Virus record (IMG/VR): IMGVR_UViG_2724679236_000005 | Location: 1-19,843 of that record | Length of the DNA: 19,843 nucleotides | Strand: one strand, 5' to 3' | Source: a virus | Taxonomy: Duplodnaviria > Heunggongvirae > Uroviricota > Caudoviricetes | Shown: positions 1-8,919 of the stretch, piece by piece | Numbering within the stretch: position 1 is the first letter of the stretch | Layout: every line of letters begins with the position of its first letter | Made by a program: the position numbers and the translations under genes | Notes under the pieces: model-generated | Told to the model about the DNA's origin: nothing | The model's input: only the letters and a program-made list of their open reading frames with translations | Databases searched by the model: none

Positions 1-58
1 CCGTGGAATATATTTTAAGAGAGAACAAAAATTGCAATATGTGGTGGACCCATACAAA
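1..58. repeat. Left arm of a perfect 58-bp terminal inverted repeat (partner 19784-19841)
   Basis: Bases 1-58 are the exact reverse complement of 19784-19841, checked base by base; identity ends at 59/19783. The right arm lies 2 nt inside the window end, so the repeat may extend beyond the left edge. Confidence 0.9.
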
Positions 59-1285
59 CTCTTGATATGCCCGATTATATTCGTCATTATAAGTTTTCTG
101 TTCTTCATCTGATTTTTCATCCGGAATAAGCCACTCCAGTTTCTTTACGACAGCCCATATAATCTTCCCGAATTTGACGCAACCTTCTCCAAAATTGACG
201 ATGCCATCCCACATTTTTTTCATACTTTCTGGTTTTACCCACTCAGTAATTGTGCTGACAAAACCACCCTGATTATCCTTAAACCAGGATGTAAATGTTT
301 CACGTACTGAGTCAAACGTCGGCGCGAGTTCCCCCCCGATTTTACCGAGTGTATCTGCAAGTCCCGACGTAATAGAGCCCCACAGATTTGTCACTGATAC
401 ATGCGCACGCGCCGCCCCTTCCGCACCCTCTTTTGTTAACAAATTCGACTTTTGCGCGTCAGACATTGTCTGTTCCCAGCTTTTACCCGTCGCCTTCATA
501 TACGTCATGATCTTATTAGCCTCGCCCCCCATGAGCTGGTCAGCGAGACTCGCCGCTTGCTTCTCATCTTTCATTTCAGAGATGCGACGCATAACCTCAT
601 TAAACTGTTTTTCCCGATCCCAGCCAGCCATTCGTTTTTTCGTCAGGCCAATTTGAAATAACATGGGATTCAGGCTTTTTTCGTTTCCGATTTCGCCGAT
701 TTTATTTGTAAGTTCTTCAGACAAATCCCCGATATTTTCGCCGTTCAGGCCCGCGGCTTTACCAATATTTTCCCACGCAGCATATTTTTCGACGCCAACG
801 CCGTAGGACTTCGCCAGACCGAGTTTTTCTGACGTCTCTGCATTCATTGCCAGCGCACCAGCTGCAGCACCGCCAATGAGCCCTGCCGCGCCAAGTGTCC
901 CCCATTTGATACCCCGCCCCGTAGCCCTCACCGCACCTGCGGCGGCTCGTCCGCCCCATTTTGCAGCTCCTTTTGCGCGACCCGTCCACTTCTCCAGCCG
1001 CTGTTTTTTAGCAAGTTGAGTATTCAGCGCCTCCTGGTCCTGCGTTGTCGCTTTTATTCGACGGTCCAGCTTTTGATACTGAGCAGATAAATCAGAAACG
1101 TCTTTACCTGCCAGTTTCATTGCTGCGATTTTGTCTTTTAATTTATCCTGACTTTTCGTTAATTTCCCGACAGTAGACGACGTCTGCCGAATCGCATCAT
1201 TGAGTTCTGTTGTACCGCGACGAAACGACGGGTCTATTCGCCCACCGAATACAACCTGCGTTTTAAAGTTTTGAGAAATAGCCAT
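1..1285 (-). CDS. Tail tape measure protein, N-terminal ~428 codons only (ORF open to the left window edge)
   Basis: ATG at 1285-1283, preceded by an in-frame stop. Hand translation of 1285 to 1010 and 301 to 2 shows no stop. Starts MAISQNFKTQVVFGGRIDPSFRRG, then coiled-coil-like and Gly/Ala-rich segments typical of tape measure proteins; sits directly after the E/E' chaperone gene as in P2 (E-E'-T). Absent from the ORF track presumably because it has no stop in the window. Confidence 0.75.
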   Translation of the reverse strand, partial: MAISQNFKTQVVFGGRIDPSFRRGTTELNDAIRQTSSTVGKLTKSQDKLKDKIAAMKLAGKDVSDLSAQYQKLDRRIKATTQDQEALNTQLAKKQRLEKWTGRAKGAAKWGGRAAAGAVRATGRGIKWGTLGAAGLIGGAAAGALAMNAETSEKLGLAKSYGVGVEKYAAWENIGKAAGLNGENIGDLSEELTNKIGEIGNEKSLNPMLFQIGLTKKRMAGWDREKQFNEVMRRISEMKDEKQAASLADQLMGGEANKIMTYMKATGKSWEQTMSDAQKSNLLTKEGAEGAARAHVSVTNLWGSITSGLADTLGKIGGELAPTFDSVRETFTSWFKDNQGGFVSTITEWVKPESMKKMWDGIVNFGEGCVKFGKIIWAVVKKLEWLIPDEKSDEEQKTYNDEYNRAYQEFVWVHHILQFLFSLKIYST

Positions 1286-1675
1286 CGATTTTCATGACCT
1301 CGTTTACATAGAAATTAAAAACCCGGTACGGCAGGTCCATTTGCGTATCGGGCGGGATGGCAAGTTTTTTCGCAATAAACGGAATCAGAATAACTATATC
1401 TGATGTCGGTCTTTCGGGGGCTTTACCAGTTCGTTAAACGCGGCCTCCATTTGATCGTAATCGCACGCAGGCAGTGCATATAAATCCTCACGCTCCAGAT
1501 TTGCCAGGCGCGCCAGCATTGTCGCTGTCCGCTCTTCAAGACCACTTTTATCGTTACTGAACATAATGCGGTCGCGTAATTTTGGTTCGCGAATAGTAAT
1601 TGTATCGCGGCTCTCCCCCTTAATAATAAACGGGCGAGAGAGCGTAATAGTCATACTGTCTAATAATGATTCCAT
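1263..1675 (-). CDS. Putative gpE+E' fusion product made by programmed -1 frameshifting (tail assembly chaperone)
   Basis: The -1 frame relative to gpE is open from 1433 to a TAA at 1265-1263 and crosses the tape measure start codon, the same arrangement as P2 E/E'/T and lambda G/GT. No canonical XXXYYYZ heptamer in the 1397-1433 overlap; candidate slip region is AAG CCC CCG AAA G. Confidence 0.45.
1394..1675 (-). CDS. Tail assembly chaperone (P2 gpE-like)
   Basis: 93-aa ORF between the tube gene and the tape measure gene, the conserved position of gpE in P2-type tail operons; followed by an open -1 frame. Confidence 0.7.
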   Translation of the reverse strand: MESLLDSMTITLSRPFIIKGESRDTITIREPKLRDRIMFSNDKSGLEERTATMLARLANLEREDLYALPACDYDQMEAAFNELVKPPKDRHQI

Positions 1676-1687
1676 TTTATTTGCCTT

Positions 1688-2200
1688 TTAATATACATGG
1701 AGAATACGAGCAACGCCCGCAAGAACGTCAACACCATTAATTACTCGTTTCATTTTTGCAGGATGAATCTCGTAAATAATTTTTCCATTTTGAACTCGTT
1801 TATAATAGCTCGGCGCAATCGTTACTGATTGCCCAACTGCTGATTTTGAATCAGTCCCCTGCGCGTCATCAGTAATCGCCGTAATAAGCCCCTCATATGT
1901 ATCAATACGTTCAAAATTGACACCGTAATTGTCAGTATATGCACTTCGAATTTCGAACCTTGTTTTAGCACCTGGTATTAATCCAAAATACCCCATCACA
2001 CCAGAATCGGAGCCAGAGACTTTAAAACTGGCTGACATTTTCTCCATTCCCCCGTCCAGAGTGATAGCTGTATCCATAGCGCCCGTCTTAAAATCATCTT
2101 CGATTATTTTCATATCGACGGGAGTGTATTCAGTGCAATTTAAAACTCGTTCTCCCTGGACGAACAACGCAAATGCACGATAGGTGTTACTATCTGCCAT
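1688..2200 (-). CDS. Contractile tail tube protein (P2 FII-like)
   Basis: 170 aa; C-terminal segment YYKRVQNGKIIYEIHPAKMKRVINGVDV resembles the P2 FII C-terminus as recalled; immediately downstream of the sheath gene. Confidence 0.85.
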   Translation of the reverse strand: MADSNTYRAFALFVQGERVLNCTEYTPVDMKIIEDDFKTGAMDTAITLDGGMEKMSASFKVSGSDSGVMGYFGLIPGAKTRFEIRSAYTDNYGVNFERIDTYEGLITAITDDAQGTDSKSAVGQSVTIAPSYYKRVQNGKIIYEIHPAKMKRVINGVDVLAGVARILHVY

Positions 2201-2217
2201 ATCAATTCTCCAGATTA

Positions 2218-3717
2218 TTAGACTGTTTCTTTAAAAAGAGGGGCCAGAGCTTCAACTGTGTAATCATTATTAATGCGGTACATTAACGTAATTGTTTGTG
2301 CCGGGGATTTCGGTCCAAAGTCAACATTAATATAAAGATTACCAGCGGCCAGACTTTCTTTTGTATTTAACTCTTCATCTAACCACGCCCGTCCTCCGTT
2401 AATCGCGCCCTGCTCCTCTAATTTATGCAGATACGCGTTTATCGACTCTACAACGTCTGTTCCGAGGTGCAGGTCTATCGGGCGATCAATAAAATCGGTC
2501 ATCATTGCCCGGGCTATTGAATCTTCAATTACGTCAGCTGTCCGACGAACGCACTCGAAAGACCATTGAGGGCTGAGGCTGCACAGATAGTTACCCCAGT
2601 GCCTAAACCCGTCATAGCGAATAATTGTGCTGACCTGGCTGGCGTTCAACAGGTTCGCTGTGCAGTTTGTCTCACCAATAATAAAATCGTCGACTTGTTC
2701 AAGCCCTGTAACTCCGTAGATATTCTGGTTCGATTTACTCCACCAGAATCCTTTTTCATTATCAATTCTGGCTCGCAAACCAGCAGCGATAGCTGAATAC
2801 GGACGAGATAACCCACTGACATCACTCGTAGAATAAACGCGAGGGCGTAAAATTTCCATCCTGGCGCCATATCTCTGACGACGATTAACAACGTCTGTGG
2901 GTGTAGCGCCTCGCGGTGAATCTATATACCCAACACCGCGTAATTTATTTGTCACGACCTCAAGTTGTTCGGCAATATAATCGTTGGCGCTATAATCAGG
3001 AGCGATTAAAATTCTCGGCGTTACTTGATTTATTTGCGCAGACGTCAATAATGCGTTAATTCCGGTAACGACATTTTTCCTCATTTTTGTTTCGTCGCTG
3101 TCTTCTTCAACGCGAACCACAACAATAATGGCGTCTTCCTGATTTAGTATTTCAGATACAGCAGGCGGGAGGGTACCGTACCACCCGAGCAACTCAGATT
3201 TTTTTTTGCTTCCTGCGATTACCGTCGGAATATTGCATGGGAAAGACTCATCTTTACCACCTGATAAATTTGTTGGAGGAAGGGCGAATACAGTACCCGT
3301 TCCTGCGTGATCACCACCGAAAGTGACATTAATAGATTCTCCCAGTGGAAGACCTTCTTTATATTGCTGATTTTGATCAGCCAGTTTTGACGGTGTAGTC
3401 GCGCCGTCTGTTGTCAATGTTAATTTTCTCGAACCATCGGGTAGCGTGCTATATCCTGGAGTGGCTACACTCCCGTTAATGCCGACATTGACGATTTCGA
3501 CAATCCAGTTGTTTCCGTCGGCCCCTGGCATCACTGTTGAAAACTCAACGAGATTATCTGCGAGTTCTGAACCCCATAATAGAAACGATCTGGCGGCGAT
3601 GCTGGCGTCGGGCGCTGTGCCAACAACACCGATTACTGACACGTCGACGGTGGAAATTTCTTTTGTGCCGTCGTCGTATTCAAGCGTGCGCGGACCGTGC
3701 AAAAAATTAGTGCTCAT
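2218..3717 (-). CDS. Contractile tail sheath protein (P2 FI-like)
   Basis: 499 aa; motifs AAGLRARIDNEKGFWW and IIRYDGFRHWGN match conserved P2 FI sheath segments as recalled; ATG at 3717 with weak SD. Confidence 0.9.
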   Translation of the reverse strand: MSTNFLHGPRTLEYDDGTKEISTVDVSVIGVVGTAPDASIAARSFLLWGSELADNLVEFSTVMPGADGNNWIVEIVNVGINGSVATPGYSTLPDGSRKLTLTTDGATTPSKLADQNQQYKEGLPLGESINVTFGGDHAGTGTVFALPPTNLSGGKDESFPCNIPTVIAGSKKKSELLGWYGTLPPAVSEILNQEDAIIVVVRVEEDSDETKMRKNVVTGINALLTSAQINQVTPRILIAPDYSANDYIAEQLEVVTNKLRGVGYIDSPRGATPTDVVNRRQRYGARMEILRPRVYSTSDVSGLSRPYSAIAAGLRARIDNEKGFWWSKSNQNIYGVTGLEQVDDFIIGETNCTANLLNASQVSTIIRYDGFRHWGNYLCSLSPQWSFECVRRTADVIEDSIARAMMTDFIDRPIDLHLGTDVVESINAYLHKLEEQGAINGGRAWLDEELNTKESLAAGNLYINVDFGPKSPAQTITLMYRINNDYTVEALAPLFKETV

Positions 3718-3728
3718 TTATTTTACTC

Positions 3729-4910
3729 TCAATTAGTTATGCGCCCGTCTGTAACGGTGCCGTAAATGCCACTTTTGGCGTTCTGGAAAACCTGCGCCCC
3801 GTATTTTTCAATGTCTTTCAGATTGGACGTAAATATAACGTCATTATCTATTCCGTCAATATTACACACAACGCAGATATAATCATGCTCATATGAGTTA
3901 AGGGTTCCGTGTTTTTTTGGATAATAAGGTTCCCTTATATTTAGCATTTTTGATATATCCCCGATTGGAATTCGCTGCGCCATCACCAGAGCATCTCCGC
4001 TCGTTGCCGCTAGTGTCATCCATGCGCCGCACAAATAGGTTTCAACATTGGCGTTGACACTGGTTGGGCTTATCGCGTAAGGGGACGCATCGTAACCCGT
4101 CACGATGGCCATCGCAGGAACAACACTGATGTTGTCACCACCATATAACACGACGAGATTAAACGCCCCGTCCCCGTTTGGTTTTGCAAAACCGGAACTA
4201 GTGTTTACATTTCCCGCCGCATCAGGTTGTATATTATTTACTGTGAGAACCGGTTTTGTGCCATTTATATTATTTATATCACCATCAATTTCTAAAAATT
4301 TATTATCCACCTCATCTTTTTTATAATAGTTATTTAAATCAACGCCGAGATTTTCCCGACTGGCCTGTTGCGCCGCCGCGCCTTTATTTTTAATTTCAGA
4401 TAAATTTTTGTTTATCTGCAAATAACGCTTATCGGCATCAGCCTGACTCATTCCACTACTGTTATCAATAACGACATTAACCGTAGACGTGCTGGACACC
4501 GCGAGAGTGTATTTATACGTGATTGATATCAGTGCACCGTTGCTATTCGTCGGTTTTAAAATATCCGGCGAACGCGCAACTGAATATAATTCGCCTTTAT
4601 CGGTTAATATCCCCACCTCGCGGATAGTATAACCGCCGGTTTCCGGCGGTACGTACAGTGTAAAAATGACCTGATTACCGCTATTTTCTGACGATTTAAT
4701 ATTTCCGCGATATGTCTCGTGAATTAATGCTGTTCGTGCCGGGTCCGGTGTTACGTCGTCGTTTCCGTTTGCGTCGCCAATAACGAATTTATTCAGCACC
4801 ACGGGTACACCCGATGCCAGCGCAGCGGCTTCAAGTTGCGCCCCCCGGTCTGTCAGTACCGCATAAACCTGGCTCGCGCTCGCTTTCAGATTTGATTTTA
4901 ATTTAGCCAT
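3729..4910 (-). CDS. Tail fibre protein with P2 gpH-like N-terminal baseplate-attachment domain
   Basis: 393 aa; N-terminal LIHETYRGN...VPPETGGYTIREVGILTDKGELYSVA resembles the P2 H N-terminus; Asn/Ser/Thr-rich middle; C-terminal region not recognisable. Overlaps gpI stop by 8 nt. Confidence 0.8.
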   Translation of the reverse strand: MAKLKSNLKASASQVYAVLTDRGAQLEAAALASGVPVVLNKFVIGDANGNDDVTPDPARTALIHETYRGNIKSSENSGNQVIFTLYVPPETGGYTIREVGILTDKGELYSVARSPDILKPTNSNGALISITYKYTLAVSSTSTVNVVIDNSSGMSQADADKRYLQINKNLSEIKNKGAAAQQASRENLGVDLNNYYKKDEVDNKFLEIDGDINNINGTKPVLTVNNIQPDAAGNVNTSSGFAKPNGDGAFNLVVLYGGDNISVVPAMAIVTGYDASPYAISPTSVNANVETYLCGAWMTLAATSGDALVMAQRIPIGDISKMLNIREPYYPKKHGTLNSYEHDYICVVCNIDGIDNDVIFTSNLKDIEKYGAQVFQNAKSGIYGTVTDGRITN

Positions 4911-5529
4911 TAGGTCCTATCTCCACTAACAAACTCACAATTGGCGAGCCTGATATATATAGCCCGCCGTTAATTTTTACACCGCCGTCGCCGTCTGCTG
5001 GGATATTTACGCCTATTTTTGCGTAAGCTGCACCAGCGATATAGAATTCACCGTCAACACTTGTTTCGAAATTTATTTCTTTTAATAAGGAACGACAGTT
5101 TTTTGCATCAAATATTTGTGCAATAAACGTGTTCAATAGTTCTAAATCTAATCCCATGTTTTTTAGCAAGTATATTTTAATTGCGAACGTATACGGGTCA
5201 TCCCTGGGCGTGGCCTCAAACCACTCCCGCATTTTGCTCTCAAACCCTACCGTTAATAACGCGCGTTCGACGGCACCACGCGTTCCACGGTGTTTGTTTT
5301 GCCACGCCGCTGCTTTGATAATTTCGCGTTTTTGCTGCTCGCTCCAGTCCGGGTTCCAGTACGTAACTGCATATTCCCATGCCAGCCACGGCAGCAGATT
5401 TGCAGGGCACAAATCGGGATTCTTAATAATTCGAATATCGCCAGGCAGATCGCCGACGTGAGATAAAACAACTTCCAGCGCTCTCTCGGGGGTTATTGCG
5501 TTCGGAGGCAGTACGCTTTGACTTGTCAT
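4903..5529 (-). CDS. Baseplate/tail protein (P2 gpI-like)
   Basis: 208 aa; motif NPDLCPANLLPWLAWEYAV matches the conserved gpI motif NPDTCPANLLPWLAWA as recalled. Confidence 0.85.
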   Translation of the reverse strand: MTSQSVLPPNAITPERALEVVLSHVGDLPGDIRIIKNPDLCPANLLPWLAWEYAVTYWNPDWSEQQKREIIKAAAWQNKHRGTRGAVERALLTVGFESKMREWFEATPRDDPYTFAIKIYLLKNMGLDLELLNTFIAQIFDAKNCRSLLKEINFETSVDGEFYIAGAAYAKIGVNIPADGDGGVKINGGLYISGSPIVSLLVEIGPNG

Positions 5530-5531
5530 GG

Positions 5532-6452
5532 CTACCCCATTTGCACGCTGAGTTTGATTCCTGTGCAGTGCGGAGCCTGTCCAACGCCAGCAATCACGTC
5601 CTCTGTTGGCGATATCAGAATCACACGCTCAGTGCCGTCACGGTGTATCGCGTCGTAAATTCCTGACAGAGCTGCTGTTGCTCCGATTTTATGCTGCGTG
5701 GCCACGTATATAGCTAAATCGCTCTGAGCACCGTTAAGCAAAACGTTCTGGTCGGGTCCAAGCCCAGCTACGATAACGGCCTCAACCCGGTAATTCAGGT
5801 TCGACGCGGGTTTTACAGTCACGAAATCAGTCAGCGGTCGAGTATCGTCAGGAGACAGGGCCGCATTCACTGTATTCAGTAGTGATTGCGGAGGTGCACC
5901 GTCGCCTGTTCGGGACAAAACGTACATATCGACGTACCCTGGTTGTGTCACCGGCGGTCCGTATGCCTGAGCTGACAGAACGTCGGGATCACTCGATAGC
6001 GCGAAATAGTTATACGCGTTTGTACTGCCAGCAGTATTCCGCGCGTACCACGATAGCTGTATGCGATGACGATACTCGTCGTCACTCTCGTAAACCGCCT
6101 CAGTCGGGGGAATCGCATCACGATTAGCTGGCGTTATCAACAGCCGCAGGCAGTCAAAATTAGCGCCAATCTGGTCGAGGTCCCCCTCTTTTGCAAACGC
6201 GAGTAATACCGCGAGCATCCCCTGATTTACCCGCGCTGTAATGATAATTTCTCTGTATGCAACTATTTCCAGCAGTTTAACGGCCGGGTCTGACTCCAGG
6301 AGTGCGTTAAATTGTGGATATAATATCTGCAGCTCTGACAGTAGATTAGATTTAACATCTGAAAATAGCGGGGTTTTAACAAACGTGGGCGGCGGCAGCA
6401 GACTCATATCAATAGTTTTCACTATCGAATTCTGAACTGTTGATGTTATCAA
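5532..6452 (-). CDS. Baseplate assembly protein (P2 gpJ-like)
   Basis: 306 aa; N-terminal region aligns with P2 J as recalled. The track start is TTG at 6452, overlapping the gpW stop (TTGA); first ATG is codon 16, so the start is uncertain. Confidence 0.85.
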   Translation of the reverse strand: MITSTVQNSIVKTIDMSLLPPPTFVKTPLFSDVKSNLLSELQILYPQFNALLESDPAVKLLEIVAYREIIITARVNQGMLAVLLAFAKEGDLDQIGANFDCLRLLITPANRDAIPPTEAVYESDDEYRHRIQLSWYARNTAGSTNAYNYFALSSDPDVLSAQAYGPPVTQPGYVDMYVLSRTGDGAPPQSLLNTVNAALSPDDTRPLTDFVTVKPASNLNYRVEAVIVAGLGPDQNVLLNGAQSDLAIYVATQHKIGATAALSGIYDAIHRDGTERVILISPTEDVIAGVGQAPHCTGIKLSVQMG

Positions 6453-6790
6453 AATATCAGCTCCATATTATTAAACTCTAATCGCTGTTGTGTTTCGATA
6501 TCTGTTGCGATAATTAATATTGTTATTTTCCCGACATCCACTGCTAACACATTTATTCTGTCAATTCTGACGCGTGGTTCCCAGCGAGCTATTGCGCCAG
6601 CGCTTTCCATGATTATTCGCATAGCAAGCGACGGATCTGTGGGATTATCAACAAGATCAAATAATTTGCTGCCATATTCTGGCAACATTACACGCGTCCC
6701 CAGCGGGGTCGTTAAAATATCAACGATAGACTGACGAATGTGATCAGTCCCCGATAAAGGCTTACCGGTGTTACGGTCCATTCCAAGCAT
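6449..6790 (-). CDS. Baseplate wedge protein (P2 gpW / T4 gp25-like)
   Basis: 113 aa; MLGMDRNTGKPLSGTDHIRQSIVDILTTPLGTRVMLPEYGS aligns closely with the P2 gpW N-terminus as recalled. Confidence 0.9.
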   Translation of the reverse strand: MLGMDRNTGKPLSGTDHIRQSIVDILTTPLGTRVMLPEYGSKLFDLVDNPTDPSLAMRIIMESAGAIARWEPRVRIDRINVLAVDVGKITILIIATDIETQQRLEFNNMELIF

Positions 6791-6792
6791 AT

Positions 6793-7695
6793 TTACGCCA
6801 TTGGTTGGTTCGGTTGTTGTGTTTCCCCATCAGGACATGTGTGAGTGTGTCCGTTGTACGTTGTGCGGACCTCAGTTATTGTGCCTTGTCGGTCCTGCAC
6901 CTCTTGCCCTGCTAACACACTACCGCGAGTTGTGATATTACCTGTTCCACCGTTATCTCCAGTGACAGAAATATCGTTGCGGAATGTCGCCAGTTTATCA
7001 ACAACCAGCGTTTCTGTTATATGCGTTGGACCTGCTAGCGTTATCCCGCCGGGCGCTAATGCTCTTATTGTTTCTGCCGTCAGCGATATACTATTCGCGG
7101 CGGTAACATTTACTGAACTTGTTGCTATTACGTTCACTAAATCAGCGTGCGCGTTAATTGTATCTGTCGCTGTCACGTTAATAACGTCAGCGTCTGCGTT
7201 AATTAATTTTCCGCCGTGAATATTGACAACGTTTTCACTTGTGACCGTAACGTCTGCGCGACCCAAAATTTCTATTTTGGATTCGCCGAGAATTTTTACA
7301 ATTCCTTCTGGTACTCCTTGCCAGATGAGAGTGTGGTTTTCTGTGTTATAGGTTAGCGTTGCGCCGTCACAATATGCGGTGACGTGGTCGTGAGGGTCAG
7401 TACTGGGCGGTGCTTTGTTGTCAATATGTAATCCGAGCATGACGACGCCATTTCGCGTATCTCCCCCCTCAGAAACAACAGTGACTGGGTCGCCAACAGA
7501 TGGGGCGCTCCAGTCCACGCGCTCCGATGTCGCGTGCGTGAACCATTGTAGCCAGCCCGATTGGTGTTCTCCACCAAACGACACGCGACATCTTGGAGGA
7601 TTCATCTGAACTGCAGCTATGGTGCCGCGTTTAACGGAGTCACGCAGCCGGCGAGCGTTCTCCGCGGAGGCGTATTCATCGTCCGATTGGGCCAT
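6793..7695 (-). CDS. Baseplate spike/hub protein (P2 gpV-like)
   Basis: 300 aa; N-terminal CRVSFGGEHQSGWLQWFTHATSERVDWSAPSVGDPV aligns with P2 V; long beta-helix-like repeat region; C-terminal GHTHTCPDG resembles the His-rich spike apex. Confidence 0.85.
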   Translation of the reverse strand: MAQSDDEYASAENARRLRDSVKRGTIAAVQMNPPRCRVSFGGEHQSGWLQWFTHATSERVDWSAPSVGDPVTVVSEGGDTRNGVVMLGLHIDNKAPPSTDPHDHVTAYCDGATLTYNTENHTLIWQGVPEGIVKILGESKIEILGRADVTVTSENVVNIHGGKLINADADVINVTATDTINAHADLVNVIATSSVNVTAANSISLTAETIRALAPGGITLAGPTHITETLVVDKLATFRNDISVTGDNGGTGNITTRGSVLAGQEVQDRQGTITEVRTTYNGHTHTCPDGETQQPNQPMA

Positions 7696-8212
7696 AGTAG
7701 TCGCTCTCGTGTTCTGCGCCGATATCTGGCGCTATTCCGACGTATATATTTTTCAGGGTTCCCTGTGAGGGATAATCGAAAATATCGGGACCAACGCCGA
7801 TAACTTGCGTGAACGACACGCACTGAACTGAATGCGAACCGACTGACTGCCCGTTTTTAATCCAGTCACACGGTTCCGCGTCGCTGAATTTTGCCGGTTT
7901 AGTTCCGGGACCGAACATTCGCCCATTAATCCAGCTCGTCATATAGAGCGCTGCATTTTGCGATTTCAGTCCGTACTGATCAGCTGCAAACTCTCGCAAC
8001 AAATACAAATTACACGACAGCTCGACTGACTGAATTGAGCTTGCAACCGCTTCGTCACTCTGTGACCAGTTGCTGATTTCCAGGAACAGAGCTGGCGTTT
8101 CAAATCCAGCCGGAATTTCTGGATAAATACCGAATGTTTTGATGAACGGTATTTGTAAAACCGCGCCTTTAACGCGATCAAGATATTCGTCAAATGCATC
8201 CAGTCCGCTCAT
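7676..8212 (-). CDS. Hypothetical tail-associated protein (position of a tail completion protein)
   Basis: 178-aa ORF, ATG at 8212 overlapping the upstream stop (ATGA), immediately upstream of gpV; no family recognised by eye. Confidence 0.3.
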   Translation of the reverse strand: MSGLDAFDEYLDRVKGAVLQIPFIKTFGIYPEIPAGFETPALFLEISNWSQSDEAVASSIQSVELSCNLYLLREFAADQYGLKSQNAALYMTSWINGRMFGPGTKPAKFSDAEPCDWIKNGQSVGSHSVQCVSFTQVIGVGPDIFDYPSQGTLKNIYVGIAPDIGAEHESDYYGPIGR

Positions 8213-8889
8213 AATCGTTTCCCTGTTTTTGGGTCTACGTGGACATTACCTTTCACGCGACCACGCAAGTCCTGTTCAAAAAAACCCATGAACACGGTGC
8301 CAATGTTTTCAAAAATATAATCATCGATAGCATCCTCCAGCGCTTCGTGCACCGGTACGCGAGCCTCTTCGATTCCTCCGCGAGCCAGTCGAATCCAGAC
8401 ACTTTTCGCACCGTAGTGTTTCGCTACGAATGAATCGGGCCAGCTCAGCATCGACAGCCCTGCACTTTTGGGTGTAAAAGTTGCCCCTCGAGCGCCTTTT
8501 TTTGTTTTCAAAAATTGACCGGTCTCTGGATTGCGAGGCTGCTTCTGCTTCCTGGGATTTTGTAATCGCCCCTTTAGCTCAGATACACGGAAATCGTTCA
8601 GGCCGTACCAGAGTTTTACGCTACTCAGATCTCCTGCCCCTTCTTTTGTAAAATCGCGGCGCTTAATGAACGGTTTGATTCGTTTATCTACGGCCTTATG
8701 ATTTTTAGCTGCCAGTGCAGTCAAAATCATTCCTGCTGAAATTCGGTGCATATGTTTTGCAGTTCGGTTCAGCGCCCTGTTGTATGCCATTAACATTTGA
8801 TGTTGCGTCGCGCTGATTTCGACTCTGAGCTGCTCCAGCGCCGAAACATCGATATCGAACATCTGCGCGTTACTACGTAAATCGGCCAC
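8209..8889 (-). CDS. Hypothetical virion morphogenesis / tail completion protein (weak resemblance to lambda gpZ)
   Basis: 226 aa; GTG start at 8889 with SD AAGGGGG 4-5 nt upstream (alternative ATG at codon 10); basic-rich, sits right after the FII-like gene where lambda carries Z. Confidence 0.35.
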   Translation of the reverse strand: MADLRSNAQMFDIDVSALEQLRVEISATQHQMLMAYNRALNRTAKHMHRISAGMILTALAAKNHKAVDKRIKPFIKRRDFTKEGAGDLSSVKLWYGLNDFRVSELKGRLQNPRKQKQPRNPETGQFLKTKKGARGATFTPKSAGLSMLSWPDSFVAKHYGAKSVWIRLARGGIEEARVPVHEALEDAIDDYIFENIGTVFMGFFEQDLRGRVKGNVHVDPKTGKRL

Positions 8890-8919
8890 GGTTCCCCCTT
8901 AGTAGGACCGCGGTCCCAC

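Noticed and set aside
452-989. ORFs 452..661 (+) and 759..989 (-)
   Set aside because: Both lie in non-coding frames within the tape measure gene, whose correct frame was verified open by hand.
7353-7823. Small minus- and plus-strand ORFs overlapping the gpV-like gene and its upstream neighbour
   Set aside because: Alternative frames of well-supported genes; no start signals; compositionally implausible.
8905-8916. Perfect 12-bp palindrome GGACCGCGGTCC between the FII-like gene and the next ORF
   Set aside because: Too short and loop too tight for a stable terminator, and no U-tract; probably coincidental or a minor protein-binding site.
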